Assembly: GCA_030834985.1 (NCBI GenBank)
Contig: JAUQWV010000001.1
Coordinates: 120,979 to 184,978 of the forward strand
DNA length: 64,000 nt
DNA from: Candidatus Dojkabacteria bacterium
GTDB taxonomy: Bacteria; Patescibacteriota; Dojkabacteria; J137
Reading direction: 5' to 3'
The position numbers and the translations under genes were made by a program. Below the pieces are notes generated by a model. It did no database searches. It saw nothing but the letters and a program-made list of their open reading frames with translations, and had not been told where the DNA came from. Shown piece after piece: positions 57,520 to 64,000 of this stretch (positions are counted from its first letter, which is position 1; each line of letters starts with the position of its first letter).

Positions 57520-58614
57520 TTAGAAACTTTTTAATATATATGAGTTTAAATTATAACTTTTAGCAAGCTCAATGAGGTAGTTTTGACTTAGATGTTTTGG
57601 GTAAACTATATAATTAGTTTCAATCCCGGTACCGATTTGGGCGATATTATCATCTAATTGATAATTATTTAAAACAGTTATGTTTGTAGATGATAATATC
57701 GCTTCAAGCTGACTCGCATTTAAAACTTCAACCTGCTGAGTACTTAGAACATAGTTATCTACATAATTATCTGTAATTTCTCGATTAGGCCATTTATAAG
57801 TGATATTGTTAATCACCAAGGTTATTTTTGAAGGATTAATGCCTTTATAAATATAGTATTGAATTATATTTTCGGCCCAATCGTTTTTGGTAATAGGTCC
57901 AACACTATTTGAGTTAATAGTTGTATAGCCGTAGGCATGTATTCTTACTTTATTACTTAGATTATTTATTACACTGATAGAAGCTGCCGACTTATAAAAA
58001 TTAGAAACAGGTGCTAGATAATCGTAATCCATTACATCACTCCACTTAGGGGGTAATCCTACATTTATTTTGATATTCTTATCTACTGTAAGTTTAGCCA
58101 GTTCTCTTAAAACATCTTCAATATTATTAACTTTATTTGTTATTGAAACATCAATATCGATTTCCTTTAATTCATTATCTATTATTGCGTCGTAAATAAC
58201 ATTTGTTACTTGCTGATCAGGTAAAGTTCCTGAATTCGGATCAGTAAAGAACAATGGGATTATATCTTCTTTTAAGTCACTTACAACTTCAACCTGCAGT
58301 GAATCTTCACTTTTAGTAAGTTTAAAAGTATATTGAATATTTTCCACTACAGGATTTATATCTGATTGATCGCCATTTATAAAATGTGCCTGATTTATGT
58401 TTCCGGGTTTACTATTTTTTTTAACTAAAGAGTCTAAACTAAGTTCTTCAGCTTGCACATTTGAAATCGTATTGTCTGTTATATCAATCCTTTGATCTAT
58501 ATATGTAACGTTTTCTGCTTTATAAGAGGTGTAAAGGTAATAATTTAATGTACCGAGTGCAGCAATTATTAAGATTTGTAAAAATATTAGTATAGATAGA
58601 ATCTTCTTAAACAT
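57520..58614 (-). CDS. hypothetical membrane-anchored protein (364 aa)
   Basis: N-terminal TM; rest polar and Asn-rich. Confidence 0.5.
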   Translation of the reverse strand: MFKKILSILIFLQILIIAALGTLNYYLYTSYKAENVTYIDQRIDITDNTISNVQAEELSLDSLVKKNSKPGNINQAHFINGDQSDINPVVENIQYTFKLTKSEDSLQVEVVSDLKEDIIPLFFTDPNSGTLPDQQVTNVIYDAIIDNELKEIDIDVSITNKVNNIEDVLRELAKLTVDKNIKINVGLPPKWSDVMDYDYLAPVSNFYKSAASISVINNLSNKVRIHAYGYTTINSNSVGPITKNDWAENIIQYYIYKGINPSKITLVINNITYKWPNREITDNYVDNYVLSTQQVEVLNASQLEAILSSTNITVLNNYQLDDNIAQIGTGIETNYIVYPKHLSQNYLIELAKSYNLNSYILKSF

Positions 58615-59014
58615 TATCCCGCTCTAAAGAGTCTAAAATAATATTGACAAGTTTGTCAGCATGTTTATTCTCAGCTCTAGGAACATGGGTAAATGATATT
58701 GAAGAAAAATCTTTTGCAAGTTCTTTAACTTTGCTTACAAGAGGCTTAATATCCGCACTGGATACTTTGTATTCACCATTGATCTGTTTTACTACCAGTT
58801 CACTATCTAAAAAACACGCTACACTGTCTGTATGCTTTTTAGCTAGTTTTAAGCCTTCAATAAGTGCGTTATACTCTGCAAAATTATTTGTAGCAGATCC
58901 CAGAAATTTTGCTCCAAGATCTATTAGATCGTTATCGTTAAATAATAAAAATGCTGCTGCGCTGCTACCAGGATTTCCGCGTGAGCCGCCATCTGTGAAT
59001 AATTTAAAATTCAT
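58607..59014 (-). CDS. rnhA: ribonuclease HI
   Basis: TDGGSRGNPG, NNFAEYNALIEGLKLA, DSELVVKQI, HVPRAENKHADKLVN (DEDD plus His). Confidence 0.85.
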   Translation of the reverse strand: MNFKLFTDGGSRGNPGSSAAAFLLFNDNDLIDLGAKFLGSATNNFAEYNALIEGLKLAKKHTDSVACFLDSELVVKQINGEYKVSSADIKPLVSKVKELAKDFSSISFTHVPRAENKHADKLVNIILDSLERDNV

Positions 59015-59021
59015 AAGATAA

Positions 59022-59639
59022 TTATAATTGATTAATAAACCATGTTACATTTCTAATCCATTGTGATTTATCATCACTTGGGCCTGCATAGCGATTTATT
59101 ATACATACTAAATCATTATTGCAAGGAACTAAAAATCTTTGGGTTATAACACACGATAAAAATGATAGTGAATCATTCCAATCAGTATATTGTTTCCCGT
59201 CTAAATAACCATAAGGATTATATAGTTTATATGGAATTCTTCCAAGACCAGACTCATTTCCGGCAATGCCAATGATTATTCTATAATCAGCTGAAGCTCC
59301 GCATTCTTCTACTCGTCTAAAAATCAATTCTCCATATCCTTGCATGGGTGAGTTATACCTTTGAAATAAAGCTTCAATTCTGTCAATTTTTGCTTGTCTT
59401 TCGGCTGCTTCTAGTTTTTGTTTTTGTTCAACTTTTAAGCGATTAATACTATCTTTTACAGGTTCTATTGGTACAAAACTTTGATCTGGATTATAAGTAA
59501 TACCGCTTATGTAGCTTGTATTTGGATTATAAGTAACCCTTTGAGGCTCACTATATTTAAAAAAAGTAGCTGTTAAAACAACAAAAGAAAGAATTGTTGT
59601 TGCGGTATAAAAACCGCGTTTTATCTTCTGATTATTCAC
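59022..59639 (-). CDS. hypothetical membrane-anchored protein (205 aa)
   Basis: N-terminal TM helix; no motif recognised. Confidence 0.45.
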   Translation of the reverse strand: MNNQKIKRGFYTATTILSFVVLTATFFKYSEPQRVTYNPNTSYISGITYNPDQSFVPIEPVKDSINRLKVEQKQKLEAAERQAKIDRIEALFQRYNSPMQGYGELIFRRVEECGASADYRIIIGIAGNESGLGRIPYKLYNPYGYLDGKQYTDWNDSLSFLSCVITQRFLVPCNNDLVCIINRYAGPSDDKSQWIRNVTWFINQL

Positions 59640-59652
59640 GCTTTTATACTAG

Positions 59653-60840
59653 TTATTTCGATAGTAAAGCTAGTATATCAGATTCCTTACCCTGTATAAA
59701 ATCTGTTAAGAGTGTTCTGTCTAACGATATAAAGTTGAATCTTTTTGGTTTTATTTTTAATAAAGTCATTGCTTGAGCTACATCGCTGCCTATTGCAACT
59801 TTAAAGCACTCTTTGGGAGTAGATAATGCAATGTATTCACCTACTGCTTCGGTACCTTTGCTGAATTCTTCTACAGTATAGTTACCCATAGCTCCATCCC
59901 AAATTACATTCTTTGCACCTTCTAGAATCTCTCTAAATGTCACTAATGTTTTTGGGCCAATATCCATACCCGTAAGTCCTTTAGTAATTTGCTGTGTTGT
60001 AATTTCATGAACTTTATTATCTTTTGAACTAGCAGTTATATGATCAACGGGTAGTACAATTTCAGCTTTATTCTTTTGGGCGATTTTGATAATCTTTTCT
60101 ATTTTTGACAAAAGTTTAGCGTCTCCTTCGAAATCACCAACTTCAACTCCCATAGATTTTAGAAAGTAGTATGCTAAGTTACCACCAAGCAATAAAGTAT
60201 TATTTTTTTGAACTAGAACTTGTAATAGTTCAATTTTATTTTGAATATCGCTGCCCCCAAGTACAGCTGTTATAGGTGCTTTTAATTCTGCTAGTTTTTT
60301 TGCAGTAGCAACTTCTTGTTCAAAGTGTAATCCTGAATAAGTAGGAAGCTTTACAGCTACTCCTGTAACAGAAGCTACATTTGCGTCAATTCCATAGGCT
60401 TCAAATACGTATGCATCTGCTAGTTTAACTAGTACTTCTACATATGACGCTCGGTCTTCTGATTTTTTTGTGGTTTCAAAAGGACTAAATCTTAAGTTTT
60501 CAAGTAATAGAACTTCGCCAAAATCCATAAATTTAATGGAATTCTCACAAGCGGCTATATTAGCAAATTTAATCTGCTTTTCAAGCAATCTGCCAAGGAC
60601 AAATCTAACATCCATTAAAGATAATGTATCATCTTGTTTTCCTTTAGGATCTCCTAGATGTGATAATAGAATTACTTTGCAGTTATTTTTTAATAGTAGT
60701 TGGATAGTTGGAATAGCAGCTCTAATTTTTGTGTCGTCGATTATAGATCCATTATTGAAAGGAACGTCAAAATCTACTCTTACCAAAACGGTTTTATTAG
60801 CAATATTCGCATTTGAAAGCGACTTTGGTATTTTGTTCAT
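59653..60840 (-). CDS. pgk: phosphoglycerate kinase
   Basis: VLVRVDFDVP N-terminal signature and the two-domain length. Confidence 0.9.
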   Translation of the reverse strand: MNKIPKSLSNANIANKTVLVRVDFDVPFNNGSIIDDTKIRAAIPTIQLLLKNNCKVILLSHLGDPKGKQDDTLSLMDVRFVLGRLLEKQIKFANIAACENSIKFMDFGEVLLLENLRFSPFETTKKSEDRASYVEVLVKLADAYVFEAYGIDANVASVTGVAVKLPTYSGLHFEQEVATAKKLAELKAPITAVLGGSDIQNKIELLQVLVQKNNTLLLGGNLAYYFLKSMGVEVGDFEGDAKLLSKIEKIIKIAQKNKAEIVLPVDHITASSKDNKVHEITTQQITKGLTGMDIGPKTLVTFREILEGAKNVIWDGAMGNYTVEEFSKGTEAVGEYIALSTPKECFKVAIGSDVAQAMTLLKIKPKRFNFISLDRTLLTDFIQGKESDILALLSK

Positions 60841-60908
60841 ACCCTTGTATTATAACACGACCCGCTAATTCAATCCACCATTTTTAGATAGAAAATGATA
60901 CGCTTTTG

Positions 60909-62279
60909 TTACTCTCGGTTTTTAGATACCAAGTTTTTACCAACAAAGTCTCTTAATACATCAGGTACATTTAAATCACCATTTTCAGTTTGATAGTGTT
61001 CAATAATAGCTATTAAGAGTCTATGCGTAGCTCCTGTATCGTTTAGTGTATAAGGGTATTTAAGGTTGCCTTCCTGATCTCGATATTTGATATTCAAGCG
61101 CCTAGTTTGGAAATCCGTAGTTATACTGTCAGACATAACTTCCATATATTCTGCAGTTGAAGGCAACCAAACTTCAACATCGTATTTTTTGGCTGCCGCA
61201 TAGTAGCCTAGATCACCTGTGCACATATTAATTATGTGGTAAGGCAGCTTTAGCTCCTGCAGTAGCCACTCATTAATTGATAATAAGTATTCGTGCATTT
61301 CTCTAGCTTTCTCGTCATCAGCTTCAATAATCATGTTCATTTCAAGCTTATCAAATTGATGAGTTCTTTTTATACCTCGAACATCTTTACCCCATGAACC
61401 TACTTCAGATCTAAAGCAGGCAGTTTGTGCCATTACTTTTACCGGTAGCTCATCAAAATTAAGAATCTTATCCATAAAATAAGCAAAGTTGCTTGGCTCT
61501 GATGAACCTAATAAATACAGCTGACTGTTATCTTCAACGTATTTATTTTCTAGCTTGTATATCTGGTCTGCATCTCCAGGAAAGTGTCCAGAACCATATA
61601 ATACTCTTTCTTTTACTAAAAGAGGAACCAGCATTGGGTCAAATCCATCTTGAAGAAGCTTCTTCATTAATAAGTTAAACACCGCCATAATTATTAAAGC
61701 ACCTTCCTTTTTTATATAGTAAAACCTGCTTCCTGATACTTTAGGGCCTGCTTCCAGATCCATAATATCTAATGCAGGACCGATCTCCCAATGAGGTCTT
61801 GGCGTAAAATTTTTTGTTGAATTTACTGCGTATTTAGGCATTGACGCGGCACTACCCTCTGCTCCGCTTAACTTTTCAGCTGGTAAATAGCTACTTTCGG
61901 GCGTCCAGGCCTTAAATTCAATATTCTGATTAGAAGTAGTTCCTACTGGAACCTCTTCGTAAGGAATATTTGGAATCCAATCCAATATTCCCTGCCACTG
62001 CTTTGTAAGTTCTTCAATTTGTGTATTTAATTGTGTAGATTCTTCCTTTAGTTTTCTACCTTCCTCTTTTAAACTTTCTATATCTACTCCTTGTTTTCCT
62101 TTTTGTGCAAGCTCATTTCTTTTCCGATTTATCTCATCTAGCTTGACTAGAAGTTCTCTACGTTGTGTATCTAAATAAAGCCATTTATCGATATCAACTT
62201 TATCATTAGATGCTCTTCCGATATTTACCAAATTTCTAATTTTGTCAGGATTTGCCCTTATATAATTTACGTCTAACAT
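60909..62279 (-). CDS. serS: seryl-tRNA synthetase (class II); probable start at the MLDVNYIRANP methionine
   Basis: N-terminal coiled-coil arm, motif 2 FRSEVGSWGKDVRGIKRTHQFDKLE, motif 3 region GDLGYYAAAKKYDVEVWLP. The ORF-track start at 62315 adds 12 codons not typical of SerS. Confidence 0.85.
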   Translation of the reverse strand: MLDVNYIRANPDKIRNLVNIGRASNDKVDIDKWLYLDTQRRELLVKLDEINRKRNELAQKGKQGVDIESLKEEGRKLKEESTQLNTQIEELTKQWQGILDWIPNIPYEEVPVGTTSNQNIEFKAWTPESSYLPAEKLSGAEGSAASMPKYAVNSTKNFTPRPHWEIGPALDIMDLEAGPKVSGSRFYYIKKEGALIIMAVFNLLMKKLLQDGFDPMLVPLLVKERVLYGSGHFPGDADQIYKLENKYVEDNSQLYLLGSSEPSNFAYFMDKILNFDELPVKVMAQTACFRSEVGSWGKDVRGIKRTHQFDKLEMNMIIEADDEKAREMHEYLLSINEWLLQELKLPYHIINMCTGDLGYYAAAKKYDVEVWLPSTAEYMEVMSDSITTDFQTRRLNIKYRDQEGNLKYPYTLNDTGATHRLLIAIIEHYQTENGDLNVPDVLRDFVGKNLVSKNRE

Positions 62280-62345
62280 CTGGATAAAGTAATATTTAAT
62301 CATTTGATTATACAATATTTATCTTGGCAGATTTTGAAAATCAGT

Positions 62346-62374
62346 TTGACCGATTAAAATCAAAATAATATAAT
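62346..62374 (+). promoter_or_regulatory. consensus sigma70-type promoter TTGACC-17-TATAAT
   Basis: Exact hexamers with 17 nt spacer read from the sequence; the T-box leader lies downstream. Confidence 0.5.
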
Positions 62375-62394
62375 CAAATTGAAAATTGAATATC

Positions 62395-62527
62395 AGCAGT
62401 GATATTGCTTGGCAACAATGGAGCTGAAATTGAGAGGGCTTATGAGTAATCATAAGAACTAGGGTGGAACCGCGGTTGAAAGCCGTCCCTAAGGTGGAGT
62501 AATATTTACCTTAGGGACGGCTTTTTG
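62395..62527 (+). promoter_or_regulatory. T-box riboswitch leader (tRNA-sensing antitermination element), putative Gly specifier
   Basis: T-box consensus AGGGTGGAACCGCGG at 62461..62475 with the UGGA bulge, overlapping an intrinsic terminator (agccgtccctaaggt ... accttagggacggct then ttttt, 62480..62527). Candidate specifier GGC-A at 62411..62414. Confidence 0.6.
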
Positions 62528-62556
62528 TTTATCTATATTTTTAATAAACTATATAT

Positions 62557-63024
62557 ATGAATACAGATCACGATGTTTGTGTTGAAATGCATAGAAGCGA
62601 TAGACATACAGGAGGAAATCCAGAAGCTGCGCAAATAAGCTATATTCTTACTCCTTATGGAAAAAGACAGTCATTAGATAGTCTTTTAGCCTATGGGTCT
62701 ATTACAGAAGATATGCTTAAACAGGCACTTGCTCAAGTTAACTGGGCTGACCCCGCTATGTTTAAAAATATTCGTGAGCTCTGTGAATTATTAGCCCAGA
62801 ATCCTTCAAATACAGGTGAGTTAGTAGCTTTTATTGAGAAAGCACTTACAGACAGTGAGTATTTAGATGATGCCGTTACTAATCTAAGTGAGGTAATAAA
62901 ATTTATCTTTGAAAATAATCCTGCTTTATATATGAAAATTCAGGAATATTTTGATGATAAAAGCGAAGTTTTTGGTGTAGCAGTATTAAATGTATTTAAC
63001 CTATCTTTTCAGATGGAAGCTTAA
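62557..63024 (+). CDS. hypothetical protein (155 aa) between the T-box leader and glyQS
   Basis: Intact ORF; no motif recognised. Confidence 0.45.
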   Translation: MNTDHDVCVEMHRSDRHTGGNPEAAQISYILTPYGKRQSLDSLLAYGSITEDMLKQALAQVNWADPAMFKNIRELCELLAQNPSNTGELVAFIEKALTDSEYLDDAVTNLSEVIKFIFENNPALYMKIQEYFDDKSEVFGVAVLNVFNLSFQMEA

Positions 63025-63041
63025 TATTATTATCTTAACTT

Positions 63042-64000
63042 ATGAAGAAATTAGAAAATCTAGAACAATTTAAGGCTTGGGCAAAGGAAAATGCATTTAT
63101 TTACCCCTCTAGCGAGATTTATGGTGGTTTTGCTGCTGTATACGATTACGGACACTATGGAACATTATTAAAAAATAATATCCAGAATGCCTGGATTAAG
63201 TCGATGGTTCAGGATCGAAACGATGTATATATTTTAGACTCAGGGATATTTATGCATCCTAAAACATGGGTAGCAAGCGGACATGTTGGAGGTTTTTCTG
63301 ATGTTTTAGTTGAGGATAAAAAAACTCATAAAAGATATAGAGCAGATCACTTGATTGAAGAATGGTTTGAAAACAAAGGTGAGAAGGTAGATATGGATAA
63401 AAAAACTGCTGAAGAATTGGCTGACATTATTAAAACTAATAATATAAAATCGCCTGAAGGTAACGATTTAACTGAATCTAGGAGCTTCAATCTGCTGGTT
63501 AAATCTAACATGGGAACTACAGATGCAACCTTTAGTGATGAAAATGTAACTTATTTAAGAGGAGAAACATGTCAAGGAATTTACCTAGAATATAAAAACT
63601 TTGTTGATACCCTAAGGCTAAAGCTGCCTTTTGGTATTGCTCAGGTTGGTAAAGCATTCAGAAATGAAATTGTAGCAAGGCAGTTTGTGTTTAGAACTAG
63701 AGAATTTGAGCAGATGGAGATGCAGTACTTTCATAAACCTGAAGATAAAAAAGAATTATTTGAAATGTGGAAACAAGCAAGAATGGGTTGGCTAGTAAAT
63801 GAATTAGGAATTAGTAAAGAAAATTTAAGATTTAAAGAACATGAAAAGTTAATTTTTTATGCAACTGCTGCGTTTGATATTGAATATAACTTTAGAACTT
63901 TAGGCGGTTTTAAAGAAATTGAAGGAATTCACGATCGTGGCGATTACGATTTAACTCAGCACGCAAAGTTCTCTGGTCAAACGCTTGATTATTTCGATCA
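63042..64000 (+). CDS. glyQS: glycyl-tRNA synthetase, dimeric (GlyQS) type, 5' part (continues beyond window)
   Basis: FIYPSSEIYGGFAAVYDYGHYGTLLKNN N-terminal signature of alpha2 GlyRS; class II motif 2 region FRNEIVARQFVFRTREFEQMEMQYF. Confidence 0.85.
   Translation, partial: MKKLENLEQFKAWAKENAFIYPSSEIYGGFAAVYDYGHYGTLLKNNIQNAWIKSMVQDRNDVYILDSGIFMHPKTWVASGHVGGFSDVLVEDKKTHKRYRADHLIEEWFENKGEKVDMDKKTAEELADIIKTNNIKSPEGNDLTESRSFNLLVKSNMGTTDATFSDENVTYLRGETCQGIYLEYKNFVDTLRLKLPFGIAQVGKAFRNEIVARQFVFRTREFEQMEMQYFHKPEDKKELFEMWKQARMGWLVNELGISKENLRFKEHEKLIFYATAAFDIEYNFRTLGGFKEIEGIHDRGDYDLTQHAKFSGQTLDYFD

Noticed and set aside
58644-59021. 125 aa + strand ORF
   Set aside because: It is antisense to rnhA, which has all RNase H catalytic motifs.
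60470-60868. 132 aa + strand ORF
   Set aside because: It is antisense to pgk.
1-64000. CRISPR arrays, rRNA genes, prophage structural genes
   Set aside because: No regularly spaced short direct repeats, no rRNA-like conserved stretches, and no capsid, terminase or portal-like ORFs were seen on either strand.

Overview
This is a 64 kb, AT-rich bacterial chromosomal segment. G+C is roughly 30% by eye; nothing was computed. Genes are short and tightly packed on both strands and read correctly in the standard genetic code. Recognisable housekeeping genes include tyrS (archaeal/eukaryal-type TyrRS), serS, glyQS (partial at the 3' edge), ychF, ppa, pgk, ddl, murF, uppP, dcd, rnhA, rarA, bcp, a NUDIX hydrolase, a NrnA-like DHH phosphoesterase, an HD hydrolase, an MGMT-domain protein and two ABC exporters. 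There are four tRNA genes (Cys-GCA, Ser-GGA, Tyr-GUA, Thr-CGU). Many genes encode hypothetical membrane-anchored proteins; together with the archaeal-type TyrRS this is compatible with a small-genome Patescibacteria/CPR-like bacterium, though that lineage guess is tentative. Accessory or unusual content: (1) a ~6.4 kb interval bounded by the 3' ends of tRNA-Ser and tRNA-Tyr, carrying a truncated DUF4238 gene and a six-gene operon (divergent TrpRS-like aaRS paralog, TrpD-like GT3-fold protein, Zn-ADH, SAM-MTase, HAD phosphatase, PRTase-like protein), which I regard as the best candidate for an undescribed small-molecule pathway; (2) two paralogous GC-rich small ORFs and a GC-rich ABC exporter with a GC-rich leader, all likely horizontally acquired; (3) a 602 aa ThyX-like protein with a duplicated-domain architecture next to dcd; (4) a soluble degenerate P-type-ATPase-like protein; (5) an orphan LigD-type PrimPol domain; (6) a truncated uvrB; (7) a MurF with N-terminal transmembrane helices; (8) a sortase-like enzyme without a membrane anchor plus a 1600 aa surface protein with a recent internal duplication; (9) a T-box leader with a consensus promoter upstream of a hypothetical ORF and glyQS. 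No CRISPR array, rRNA, integrase or transposase was recognised.
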